A stretch of DNA of 32,000 nucleotides from Ignicoccus islandicus DSM 13165 (GCF_001481685.1 NZ_CP006867.1:930001-962000), one strand, 5' to 3'; counted from the first letter of the stretch, positions 8,194 to 17,037 are shown. Notes: generated from the sequence alone by a model not told the origin. Program-made: numbers and translations.

Positions 8194-8582
8194 GGCATTC
8201 CGCCCCGCCCATTCAAAAGCAAGTATGCGAACTGATCGCCCGCTTTAACTAGGGCGATTCCAACGACTATACTAACTGCAGTATATATTGCGGCCATCAA
8301 CCAGTTTCCATCCATTAATAGGAAATAGTCGTCGGCCACGAAGGTACTGAAGGTGCTCAAGGCCCCGCAAAAACCGGTCGCAACGGCCAGTTTGAACTGA
8401 TCCGGCAACCCCCTCTGATATTCGAAGAGTCCGAGAACGAATCCGAGAACGAAGCTAGCTATTGCGTTAACTGTGAAGGTAGCCAAGGGGAAATCGAGCG
8501 GTTTGGGGAGAAACTTGTAGAAGTAGTACCTAGCTACCGCTCCGAACGCACCCCCCAAGGCAACCCATATCAGCGCTTCCAT
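8190..8582 (-). CDS. crcB: fluoride ion channel CrcB/FluC
   Basis: 130 aa with four hydrophobic helices. Motifs GGAFGAVARY, TFTVNAIASFVLG and GFCGALSTFSTF. Confidence 0.85.
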   Translation of the reverse strand: MEALIWVALGGAFGAVARYYFYKFLPKPLDFPLATFTVNAIASFVLGFVLGLFEYQRGLPDQFKLAVATGFCGALSTFSTFVADDYFLLMDGNWLMAAIYTAVSIVVGIALVKAGDQFAYLLLNGRGGMP

Positions 8583-8588
8583 TGCACA

Positions 8589-9026
8589 TCAACATTCCCA
8601 TCGAACGACGTCGCCTTTTAGGCTTACTAAAGGCTTGGCCTTCCCTTCAGCTATCAGCTTCTCCAATTCCTCCGGATCTATTACGTAAGCGAACGCTTCT
8701 ACTACTTTATTCAAGTCTTTCCTCAGTACTTTAAGCTTGGTCCTAATGTATTCACCCTCAGTTACTCCTTCGTACACGTCCAGCTTCTCGAGCCCGCTTT
8801 GGGGTATGAGATAGAGTTCTCCTTCAACGTAGTGTTCTCCGCCGTTTACCAAGAGGGCGGGATACCTCTCGTCGTTGACCTTAATTTCGTAGAGGGTATG
8901 TCTTTCGGTTGTGACTGCTGTAGCCAAGAAGACTGCACCGGCCTCCACGAGTACGTCGTGCGTTGGACATCCCCTCATTAAGGTCCCGTAGGTAAACAAG
9001 AACTCCGTCGGTTCAACGTTGGCCAT
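8589..9026 (-). CDS. gamma-glutamylcyclotransferase / AIG2-like family protein
   Basis: N-terminal FLFTYGTLMRG motif and a later YVEGELY motif. 145 aa. Confidence 0.7.
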   Translation of the reverse strand: MANVEPTEFLFTYGTLMRGCPTHDVLVEAGAVFLATAVTTERHTLYEIKVNDERYPALLVNGGEHYVEGELYLIPQSGLEKLDVYEGVTEGEYIRTKLKVLRKDLNKVVEAFAYVIDPEELEKLIAEGKAKPLVSLKGDVVRWEC

Positions 9027-9613
9027 CTTCCGTTTACCTCAATTAATTTGATAATGGACGAAATTTAGAACTTTCATTTCATTTGTAGTAAAAGTTGATA
9101 ATTTTCAATTCTTTTATTCATCTATCTCATTCACCATCCCATGGTGAATGCCCATCTCCACCTCTTGTCCAAATTCATTTTTCCATTTACTCACAATTAA
9201 TTCTCTCATTTCCTCAACCTTAACCATTTGAACTCAGAAACAATGGTCTCCTTAAGCACCTTTAGTTTCTACCAGACTTCCCAATGCTCAATTCCATTTG
9301 GATTCAATCAATTAGCATTGTATTTGCAAAACCAAACAAGATTTACCAATCCAGAGTTTAGACCATCAGTACAAGGTCCTTTCAAGATCGATCTTTACAA
9401 TGAGAAGGAGCTTAGATGGGTTAATAAGCGATCATGAGAACTCCAATGATCATGGGGATTTCTACTCCAGCCTACCTTATACAAGTACATACATGCATAT
9501 ATTGGACAACCAAATGGGTTGATATTCGAAGAGGAAAGGTATGGTTGTGGAAAGGAGAGCTAAGGAAAGGGTTAAAAGATGGAGAATTGGTTTGTTTAAA
9601 TAGGAGGGCAACG
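9027..9613 (+). promoter_or_regulatory. CRISPR leader (AT-rich, non-coding)
   Basis: About 590 nt of low-GC sequence between the gene start at 9026 and the first repeat. Only short spurious ORFs. Contains a 9-bp inverted repeat at 9129-9149. Confidence 0.7.
9595..9602 (+). promoter_or_regulatory. TATA box (TTTAAATA) of the CRISPR leader promoter
   Basis: Ends 12 nt before the first repeat. This placement puts the transcription start in or just before repeat 1, as in characterised Sulfolobus arrays. Confidence 0.5.
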
Positions 9614-10899
9614 GTAGAGATCCAATAGGGAATAGAAAGCACTACCACTACTACAACCACAACCACTATACAACTACACACAGTAGAGATCCAATAGGGA
9701 ATAGAAAGTCCGTCCGATAGGATCACTCCTTATCACCTCCTTTTTAAGTAGAGATCCAATAGGGAATAGAAAGATTTCGCTCTCCTCATGTCCTATTACT
9801 CATGTACACTTTTAAGTGTAGAGATCCAATAGGGAATAGAAAGCTATTTCATTCTGGAGGAGGCGGTAGCGGTGGCAGTAAGTAGAGATCCAATAGGGAA
9901 TAGAAAGGAACAACTTCAACGTAAACGTACCGAGTTTCGTTAACTTTGTAGAGATCCAATAGGGAATAGAAAGCCCGCAACCGCTCCTTCCGCTATATCC
10001 TCGAGCGTGATTATGTAGAGATCCAATAGGGAATAGAAAGTTCTAGTTCTTCGAGTATCTCAATGAAGTTCTTTAGGCGTAGAGATCCAATAGGGAATAG
10101 AAAGGAAGGACAAGATACGAAAGTTCCTAAAGGAGAATGAATATTTTGTAGAGATCCAATAGGGAATAGAAAGCTCGCTCTGATCCGGAAGCTCGTAATA
10201 CAATAGCACTAGTAGAGATCCAATAGGGAATAGAAAGCCACCTCCGCAACAAGGAGGAGGGGCAAGTCGAACGTGTAGAGATCCAATAGGGAATAGAAAG
10301 TCCGCATTGTCTCCATAACCTCGCACAGATCGAATGTGGTCTGTAGAGATCCAATAGGGAATAGAAAGAAGCTCTAGCGAGAATTCTCTTAGACAAGAAA
10401 GAATGGGCGTAGAGATCCAATAGGGAATAGAAAGTCTAGACAATAAATATGCTAAGCTCTTCTTATCGAAGAAGTAGAGATCCAATAGGGAATAGAAAGT
10501 GCCATCCCGGTCACCGAATATTAGTAGTGTGCACTTGGTAGAGATCCAATAGGGAATAGAAAGATCAAATTCAGCGAGGCTTCTTTAAGCGCATCGATTA
10601 GCTCGTAGAGATCCAATAGGGAATAGAAAGCTATCGATGAGGTAAACGAAAAGAAGCGCCTCGGTAATGTTGTAGAGATCCAATAGGGAATAGAAAGCCG
10701 TAAATGTCATATTCGTGTATATACTCGAAAACAATTTCGTAGAATCCCAATAGGGAATAGAAAGAAGGTGGGAGTGCAATTCCCCCACCTTTCATAATAT
10801 TCGAGTAGAATCCCAATATGGAATAGAAAGGGGCCGAGTATTCGTTCAGCGTCGTGTTCGGTCCAGAGCTCTTGTAGAATCCCAATAGGGAATAGAAAG
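9614..10899 (+). CRISPR. CRISPR array, 20 repeats / 19 spacers
   Basis: 26-nt repeat GTAGAGATCCAATAGGGAATAGAAAG, 17 identical copies. Repeat starts: 9614, 9683, 9748, 9818, 9882, 9948, 10015, 10079, 10148, 10212, 10275, 10343, 10409, 10474, 10538, 10605, 10672. Three distal variants at 10739, 10805 and 10874 read GTAGAATCCCAATAGGGAATAGAAAG, one of them with ATATGG. Unique spacers of 37-44 nt. Orientation is from the GAAAG 3' end, the upstream leader and the degenerate distal repeats. Confidence 0.97.
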
Positions 10900-11168
10900 G
10901 AGGAAGAGTAGTGGACTTTATTGCTACGTAGGGGACCTCATAGGATGTAGACCCTTGCAAATATCTCTGTAGGAAGGGAGCTTCGCGTAATACCACTTGT
11001 ACGAGGGACCGGTTGGGATTCTGAACCCGAAAATTCCGCCCCTTGAACTCCGATACCAACAAACGTTGTCTTCAGAGAAAAACTGTTGATGAGAATAACT
11101 CTAGTAATTACATAGCCTGGAAAAGAGTAGATGATCCATTAGGCTATACTTGACAAGGGTGCGTAGGA

Positions 11169-11600
11169 TTGTCGAGGACGGTTAAAGCTAGGTATGAAAA
11201 GGGCGTTCTGAAGCTACTGGATCCAGTGGAACTCAGAGGAGACGACGAGGTAATAGTAGGCTAGAGACCTCCGAAGATAGGGTTAGGTGGCTTAGGAAGC
11301 GCTGTTGAATACTCAGCAAAACAGCAATTAGGAGATAGAGGAGCTACTGCTCGAAGTCGAAGTTCGAGAGGCTATAAAGTATAGCTTGGAAAACACGATA
11401 ATGAAACTTATTGATACTAACGTCTTTATTTCGATATATCCTTAACTGAAATAACGTAGAGTCACGAGAGAGACTATAAGGTAGTATAACCTTGCGCTGA
11501 GCGACTTCGTCGTAGCTCTGACGTACAAGTTCAATTAGCTCAAAGTAGTCCCTTAACTCGTCAATAGGTTATCAAGGTAATTCTAAGTAGAGTGTGAACC
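11169..11600 (+). pseudogene. decayed vapBC-like module (DUF104-type antitoxin remnant plus truncated PIN toxin)
   Basis: 11169-11264 encodes (M)SRTVKARYEKGVLKLLDPVELRGDDEVIVG*, which resembles a DUF104 N-terminal motif. ATG 11401 gives MKLIDTNVFISIYP*, a canonical PIN N-terminus, then stops. The downstream frames are broken. Confidence 0.5.
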
Positions 11601-11673
11601 AATATGGGCTCCTACAGTAATTTAAAGTTGAAACTTGCTCTTCATAAAGAGAAACTTTACGTAGAGGTATAAG

Positions 11674-11723
11674 TGGCGCAGCGGCCGGAATTTGAACCCG
11701 GGACCACGGGCTCCGAAGGCCAA
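11674..11723 (-). pseudogene. 3' fragment of a tRNA-Arg(TCG)-like gene (anticodon arm to CCA, no 5' half)
   Basis: The minus strand reads TTGGC-CTTCGGA-GCCCG-TGGTC-CCGGG-TTCAAAT-TCCGG-CCGCTGC-G-CCA. A 26-nt block (11690-11715) is identical to tRNA-Arg(CCG) at 13564-13589. No D arm or 5' acceptor strand lies upstream. Confidence 0.6.
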
Positions 11724-11879
11724 CACTCATAAACAATTGTTCCACTAGTTGATGATAGTTTGAAACAGTACTGATAAGTTTTTACACCAATTATCTAGGT
11801 ATAGGAGACAGTTAGTCCAAGGACGTGGTTTCGTTAAAGTTGGTCTTGTTGCTGGGGACTGCTAGAATTAATAGCTTTC

Positions 11880-12197
11880 ATGAATACACTGTTTGTAGAG
11901 GGAGCTAAAGTGACTAAGGTTGGTATTAAGCGAGTTGTAATTGAGGTTCCAGAGAATCTTAGGATTCCTCCAGGTGAGCTTGAGGAGAGACTTAGGATAG
12001 AGTTAGCTCTGAGGCTCTACGAGAAGGGTATAGCCAATCTGGGCCAGGCCCGTAGAATAGCAGGGCTATCGAAGTGGGATTTCCTAGAACTACTAGCCCG
12101 GGAGAGAATACCGATACGCTATGGCGAAGAGGAGCTAAGAGAGGATCTGGAGGTCGCCAAGAAACTTGCGGAGAGAGCGAGAAAGCAACGATACTAG
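11880..12197 (+). CDS. UPF0175-family antitoxin-like protein
   Basis: ELALRLYEKGIANLGQARRIAGLSKWDFLELLARERIPIRYGEEELREDLE matches the UPF0175/COG2886 pattern. Overlaps the downstream PIN-like gene by 32 nt. Confidence 0.75.
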   Translation: MNTLFVEGAKVTKVGIKRVVIEVPENLRIPPGELEERLRIELALRLYEKGIANLGQARRIAGLSKWDFLELLARERIPIRYGEEELREDLEVAKKLAERARKQRY

Positions 12198-12687
12198 AGA
12201 TTCGAATTTAATTGTTGTCTCTGATTCAAGTGTTATTATTGCACTTGCTAGAATATGCCGCCTAGACCTCCTTGAGAAGCTCTTCGGGAAGATCATCGTA
12301 CCCGAGGCTGTTTGGAGAGAGGTAACGGTTGAGGGCAAACTTGGCCGCGAGAAGGTGTTGAGGGCAGGGTTTATCCGCGTAAAGGAGGTGCGTGATAGAA
12401 GGCTGGCAATGCTTCTCAAAGAGCTTGTTGATGATGGTGAGGCAGAAGCGATAACACTAGCACTAGAGGTTGATGCAGACGTATTGCTCATCGACGACCG
12501 TGACGCTAGAAGCCTGGCGAAAGAGCTTGGGCTACAGGTTATGGGCGTGCTGGGCGTACTAGCACTAGCCAAGTATAACGGCATAATCCCAGAGGTGAAA
12601 CCGATAGTAACCGAACTCGTAGAGAGCGGCTTCTGGGTATCAACGGGAATTCTTGAAGAATTCCTTAGGGAGTTAGGTGAGTACTAA
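12166..12687 (+). CDS. DUF3368 / COG2405 PIN-like nuclease (putative toxin)
   Basis: Motifs VVSDSSVIIALARICRLDLLEKLFGKIIVPEAVWREV, GEAEAITLALE and LLIDDRDARSLAKELGLQVMGVLGVL. TTG start. Confidence 0.75.
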   Translation: MRRERESNDTRDSNLIVVSDSSVIIALARICRLDLLEKLFGKIIVPEAVWREVTVEGKLGREKVLRAGFIRVKEVRDRRLAMLLKELVDDGEAEAITLALEVDADVLLIDDRDARSLAKELGLQVMGVLGVLALAKYNGIIPEVKPIVTELVESGFWVSTGILEEFLRELGEY

Positions 12688-13153
12688 AAACCTTATCTAA
12701 TCAGCTATCATTAAGATACGTGTACGGGAGGCTGTTACCGCCTCGCAGAACTATGACTGGTCTCACGCTGCTGAGTCCATGACATAGGTAAACTATTCCT
12801 TAAAGAACTTAAAGCGCAACTTGGAGGATATGCTAGATAAATTAAGACAAGGAATTAAAAAGGAACCATCAGTAATTCAATCGATATACTCTAGAAGGCG
12901 CTGAGACTATAAGGTTTGGAAATCACCATGGTAAGTACCCGTTTCACGAGCACTGGCGTATACTGGTATTAGGAGAGGCATTGTTGAAATAACGTATAGG
13001 GAGTTTGATCTCTACGTTTTTCTATCGCTCACGGGAATTAATCGGGAGAAAAACGGACGCTCGATAGAGCAATAGAGAATAAAGGAACGTTAATTTGCAA
13101 CTCCTAAGAACGCCATTGGAGTTTGAAAGGCGATAGTCCATGAGGCCTCTAAG

Positions 13154-13471
13154 ATGCTTGAGAAAAAGCATCGAGGTCTACTCTACGAGTATCTGCTCGA
13201 ATCCCTTGCTATGATCCTTGGAGAGCGGTTTAAGGGAGGAATGTTCCGCCCCTCCTATAAAGTGCTTCGCTACGGCCAGATCACTGGTGCCTTGAGAGCC
13301 GAGCTAGGGATTCGAGGTATACATGCTGTTGGCATTATCGAAAGGTTTGACGTGGCTTCCTTATCTACTCACCCCAAGGATAAAGTGGCAAGCATCGCAG
13401 AACCTCCCTTCTCTACTCAATATCGAGATCGATGTTGCGGCACTTTCCCTAACTGTCCCAAGCCTCCTTAA
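13154..13471 (+). CDS. orphan hypothetical ORF with RAMP/Cas5-like N-terminal motif
   Basis: FRPSYKVLRYGQITGALRAELGI resembles the Cas5/RAMP pattern (hydrophobic strand, then xxGALRxxLG). Only 105 aa, with a Cys/Pro-rich unconserved-looking tail. Confidence 0.25.
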   Translation: MLEKKHRGLLYEYLLESLAMILGERFKGGMFRPSYKVLRYGQITGALRAELGIRGIHAVGIIERFDVASLSTHPKDKVASIAEPPFSTQYRDRCCGTFPNCPKPP

Positions 13472-13547
13472 GGATTTTGGAGTAGTCCCAGAGGTATAAA
13501 AACTTACTCGGGACAGAAGAGAAATATTTATATATAGGGTATTTACG

Positions 13548-13624
13548 TGGCGGCCCCGCCGGGATTTGAACCCGGGACCACGGGCTCCGGAGGCCCGCGC
13601 TCCTCCTGGCTGAGCTACGGGGCC
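13548..13624 (-). tRNA. tRNA-Arg (anticodon CCG), CCA encoded
   Basis: GGCCCCG-TA-GCTC-AGCCAGGAG-GAGC-G-CGGGC-CTCCGGA-GCCCG-TGGTC-CCGGG-TTCAAAT-CCCGG-CGGGGCC-G-CCA. Confidence 0.95.
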
Positions 13625-13769
13625 GCAATCCTTCCCTATTTGTTTTGGGAGGTTACGGGAATCTAAAATGCTGAGCGTTAGCTCTATCTAACAGTAAAAA
13701 GGGCTATTCAGTTGATTAATTCTAGTGAAAGATACTAAGATATTAATGTATGTTCCTATAGCGATAGCA

Positions 13770-14927
13770 ATGAAAAAGGTATTGTTCCTGGGCGCAGGAC
13801 CATGTACGCTCGTCGCCATTAGGAGGCTTAGAGAAGGTCCTCCTGAAATTCAGGATCAACTAGATATGACTATAATTACTAATGATCAATGGCACTATTT
13901 CCCCCCGCTCTTTGCGGACTTGGCCCTGGGCGAGGTAACCGTTGATAAGATTCGCGCTCCGGCCGAGAACATCGCCAAGAGGTACAACGCTAAGTTCGTT
14001 CTCGATGAAGTTGTTAAGGTAGATCCGGCAAATAGGCTCGTTATGACTAAAAGCGGTAAGAGCTTCACCTACGATTACTTGTTCCTCTGTATGGGAACTA
14101 GGAACGCTCCAGAGGTTATTCCCGGACTGGCGGAGTACGGTTACCACAATTACTCCCTAGAAGGAGCCTTGAAGATGAAGGAGGCCTTAGCGAAGTTCAA
14201 GGGAGGTAACATAGTAGTTCTGACTCCCGAAATACCTTATAGGTGTGGGTGCTACCCCTTCGAAGTGGTAGGCAGGCTCAAGTACTTGGCTCAGAGGAAG
14301 GGAAGGAACTACAGCGTAACCTTAGTCCACACAATGACGGACGAGCAAATATTCGGTGCCTTTAAGGACGTTGCGAGGCAATTCAAGAGACTCCACGACA
14401 GAATGGGGATAAAGTACGTAACTGGTAAGAACGTAGAGAGAATTGAACCGAAGAAAATCATATTCCAGAACGGCGAAACGTTGGGATACGACTTGTTGAT
14501 CTACGTGCCCCCAGTTAGAGTGCCTAAGGCAGTCGAAGGAGTTGACGAACTGGTTGCGAATCCCAAGGCGTTGAGAACGACCTTCCCGAGCTTCCGTAAC
14601 CCCCACTACGATGAGATATTCGTTCCAACGGACTCCGCGATGCCTTCAGTAGGCCTACCAATCGCTGGTATTTTCACCCACGCTGCCGCAATAGCCGCTG
14701 CAGATGGACTAATTGCGGACCTCACTGGCGTAAAGGCAAGCGTTCCGTTCCCTGAGCAAATAGTGGCCGTAACGGACTTCGGTCCTACCGGCTACTTGGT
14801 CAGCTTCGATGTTTACGATAATGGAGATGGAACGGCCAGACAGCAAATGTACGTAAGTGCATCTAATCCCTTCATCAAGTTCATGAAGCTCTCGTTTTAC
14901 TTAGGTTGGATAGAATCCTTAAAGTGA
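13770..14927 (+). CDS. sulfide:quinone oxidoreductase-like FAD-dependent pyridine nucleotide-disulfide oxidoreductase
   Basis: N-terminal Rossmann KKVLFLGAGPCTLVA. Overall architecture parallels archaeal SQR (YDYLFLCMGTRN, FKGGNIVV, YRCGCYPFE, GIKYV, LLIYVPP). The ORF opens at GTG 13725, but ATG 13770 puts the Rossmann fold at the N-terminus. Confidence 0.7.
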   Translation: MKKVLFLGAGPCTLVAIRRLREGPPEIQDQLDMTIITNDQWHYFPPLFADLALGEVTVDKIRAPAENIAKRYNAKFVLDEVVKVDPANRLVMTKSGKSFTYDYLFLCMGTRNAPEVIPGLAEYGYHNYSLEGALKMKEALAKFKGGNIVVLTPEIPYRCGCYPFEVVGRLKYLAQRKGRNYSVTLVHTMTDEQIFGAFKDVARQFKRLHDRMGIKYVTGKNVERIEPKKIIFQNGETLGYDLLIYVPPVRVPKAVEGVDELVANPKALRTTFPSFRNPHYDEIFVPTDSAMPSVGLPIAGIFTHAAAIAAADGLIADLTGVKASVPFPEQIVAVTDFGPTGYLVSFDVYDNGDGTARQQMYVSASNPFIKFMKLSFYLGWIESLK

Positions 14928-14928
14928 G

Positions 14929-15393
14929 GTGATGGAAATGGCGGAAGGTAAGGGTAACCCAATTACCAACTTAGAAGTCGAGAAAGTCGAGGAAGCCACC
15001 AAGGCCCTCGAGAGGTTAATAGATGCTCTCGCGAAATTGAAGGAAAACGGCATGCTAGACATGATAATAGCTTTGGCCGATATGTCCGAGGAACTAATGG
15101 AATTAGGCTTGAACGATAGGAGATTACATCACGCAATGGCAGCAGCTGACGGGGCTCTAAACGCACTGGAATACGTGGATCCAATAGTATTTAAGGAGAA
15201 CGTCGAGTACATCAACGAATGCGCAGTAAAGGCCTTGGATAACCCGAAGCTGTTGAAGGAACTGAAGCCTGTTGGGTTGGGAGGTTTGTTGAAAGTAATG
15301 AAGGATCCCGACATAGGAATAGGACTCGCATTGATGTTAGCGATAGCGAAGTCCTTAGGAAGGTGCTTGAGGGAAAAGGCTTCACTCAAATAA
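14929..15393 (+). CDS. DUF1641-family protein
   Basis: 154-aa helical protein (LERLIDALAKLKENGMLDMIIALADMSEEL) starting 1 nt after the flavoprotein stop. DUF1641 commonly partners SQR/NDH-type flavoproteins. Confidence 0.6.
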   Translation: MMEMAEGKGNPITNLEVEKVEEATKALERLIDALAKLKENGMLDMIIALADMSEELMELGLNDRRLHHAMAAADGALNALEYVDPIVFKENVEYINECAVKALDNPKLLKELKPVGLGGLLKVMKDPDIGIGLALMLAIAKSLGRCLREKASLK

Positions 15394-16173
15394 CGCCCTA
15401 ACCCAATAATCTCCTATTACTAAGGTTGCGAGGAAACCTAAGGTCATGTAGACCAAGAAAGGCGTCGCGTAGGTAACCATTAGGTATTGGTCCTCCCTTA
15501 TAATTCCTTTTTCAATGCTATTCTTAACTGCTTTCCTGTGGTCCTCCGGTTCCTCGTCTATCGAAACCCTCTTCCTCAATTCCTTTTTAACAATACCATT
15601 CTCTATTTCATGTATTAGGTACCAGAAATCAGTTCTGAGGTATTCCTTCGCCTTCATGACCTTGCCGCTAAGCCCGTAATGTAACGTTCCTAAAAGACCT
15701 ATTTTGTTTTCCTTCAAGAACTTCCTGAACTCCGGATTGAGGAGGTTAGATATCAACCTCACCAATGCAATTAGAATGGCCAGAATCGTTGCGTGGAGTA
15801 GGGTTAATATGGGAACTGGAGTTATCGCCCTCAATCCTAGGAACAGTGGGTACCACGGAACAGTTAGGCTTAGGAACAAGTATGCTAGCATGTCAGCGCC
15901 GCCCAGCATCGCCATTTTGTAGCTCACGTAGAGGAAGGGAAATATTATAAGCGAGAAAACTAGCTCCAATAGAAGCAATTTGAATAATGCAACCGATAGA
16001 CCGCTCACGAGATAGAGCTCAATTAGAGTCAGCGCCGCTCCTATAATCCCGGTCAACCACAGCTTGGGCTCTATCTCCCTAGTCTTTAGGTCCGAATAGG
16101 CCGCGTAACCCATAACGCCTAATGCTAGAACTAACTTGGAAATTTCTAAACCGAAAATTACGTCCTTGACCAA
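15382..16173 (-). CDS. A24-family prepilin/preflagellin-type signal peptidase
   Basis: Polytopic membrane protein with the two catalytic Asp contexts AAYSDLKTREI and MLGGADMLAYL. Carries a C-terminal soluble insert plus a final TM helix. Confidence 0.7.
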   Translation of the reverse strand: MVKDVIFGLEISKLVLALGVMGYAAYSDLKTREIEPKLWLTGIIGAALTLIELYLVSGLSVALFKLLLLELVFSLIIFPFLYVSYKMAMLGGADMLAYLFLSLTVPWYPLFLGLRAITPVPILTLLHATILAILIALVRLISNLLNPEFRKFLKENKIGLLGTLHYGLSGKVMKAKEYLRTDFWYLIHEIENGIVKKELRKRVSIDEEPEDHRKAVKNSIEKGIIREDQYLMVTYATPFLVYMTLGFLATLVIGDYWVRALFE

Positions 16174-16212
16174 AGCTTACTCCGGTAAAGGAAATTTGGG
16201 GGGAGAGGTAAT

Positions 16213-17037
16213 TTACAGTAAGGCAGTCTCTAAGGAATTGCAACAAGAGCACTCTTCCGGTTCGCTGGGTAACTTGGGAATCATTTCGTATAGGAGCTTC
16301 TTGGCGTTCTCTACGTTCCTTTGCATCGTTTCTATTACTTCTTGCGCAGTAACGGGTCTCTCTGCCCATACGTCGTAATCGGTGACCATTGCAATGGTAG
16401 CGTAACACATCTGCGCCTCGCAAGCTAAGTTAACTTCGGGTACTAGGGTCATACCGATTACGTCTGCCTTGAAAACGTTCTTCCAAACGAAACTCTCGGC
16501 CTTCGTTGAGAACCTAGGTCCCTCTATACATATGTAGGTACCCTTCTCGTGAACCTTTATTCCAAGCTTCTTAGCGCTTTCAATTGCGACCTTCCTTAGG
16601 GTATTACAGAAGGGTTCGGCCATACTCACGTGAGCGACCACGGGACCATCGAAGAACGTGTACTCCCTTTTCTTGGTCATGTCTATGAACTGGTCCGGTA
16701 CCACGAAGTGACCGGGTTCCATTTCCTCTCTCAAACTGCCTACTGCTGAGACACTAATTACGTACTTTACGCCTAAGGACTTCAATGCCCATATGTTGGC
16801 CCTGTAGTTGACCTTGTGAGGCGGTATCTTGTGGCCCCTACCGTGCCTAGCCAGGAACGCTACCTTCCTACCTTCTAGCTCCCCTATTATCACGTTATCG
16901 CTGGGAAGGCCGTAAGGGGTGTAAACCTTGAGCTCCTTAACGTTCCTAAGTATTTCCGGATCGTATAGACCGGAACCGCCTATTACGGCTATTTCGGCCT
17001 TAACTTCCGGTTGAGGAGGGAAAGGATACTTACTCAA
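16213..17037 (-). CDS. mtnP: S-methyl-5'-thioadenosine phosphorylase
   Basis: Motifs [42 protein letters not shown] and [13 protein letters not shown], plus the C-terminal Cys cluster CSCCNS. Confidence 0.9.
   Translation of the reverse strand: MSKYPFPPQPEVKAEIAVIGGSGLYDPEILRNVKELKVYTPYGLPSDNVIIGELEGRKVAFLARHGRGHKIPPHKVNYRANIWALKSLGVKYVISVSAVGSLREEMEPGHFVVPDQFIDMTKKREYTFFDGPVVAHVSMAEPFCNTLRKVAIESAKKLGIKVHEKGTYICIEGPRFSTKAESFVWKNVFKADVIGMTLVPEVNLACEAQMCYATIAMVTDYDVWAERPVTAQEVIETMQRNVENAKKLLYEMIPKLPSEPEECSCCNSLETALL

Larger units (their letters stand above)
10900..13547. mobile_element. decayed accessory / integrated-element remnant region between CRISPR trailer and tRNA-Arg
   Basis: Contains broken vapBC-like genes, one or two tRNA 3' fragments in the same orientation as tRNA-Arg, an intact TA pair and long non-coding stretches. 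No integrase recognised. Confidence 0.35.

Noticed and set aside
9228-9628. ORFs 9228..9437 and 9434..9628 in the CRISPR leader
   Set aside because: Low-complexity, AT-rich sequence with no motif. They lie in the leader and run into repeat 1.
9844-9881. Possible self-targeting by spacer 4 against 23661-23680
   Set aside because: Only an 11-nt GAGGAGGCGGT match, which is a purine-rich, SD-like string. Too short to be meaningful.
9472-11062. Minus-strand ORFs across the array (9472..9726, 10060..10485, 10127..10420, 10585..10788, 10631..11062)
   Set aside because: Their recurring peptides (LSIPYWIST, FLFPIGSL, FYSLLDLY) are just the CRISPR repeat translated in three frames.
11746-11775. C/D-box-like strings (TTGATGA ... 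15 nt ... CTGA followed by a T run)
   Set aside because: There is only one C/D pair, no C' or D' boxes and no terminal stem. About 30 nt total is too short for an archaeal C/D sRNA.
12135-12584. 149-aa minus-strand ORF antisense to the TA pair
   Set aside because: Ser/Thr/Ala-rich low-complexity translation opposite two genes with clear family motifs.
16079-16423. ORFs 16079..16423 (-) and 16136..16378 (+) bridging the peptidase/MTAP junction
   Set aside because: Both overlap the well-supported mtnP and peptidase genes in other frames, and they have Arg- or Ser-rich composition.
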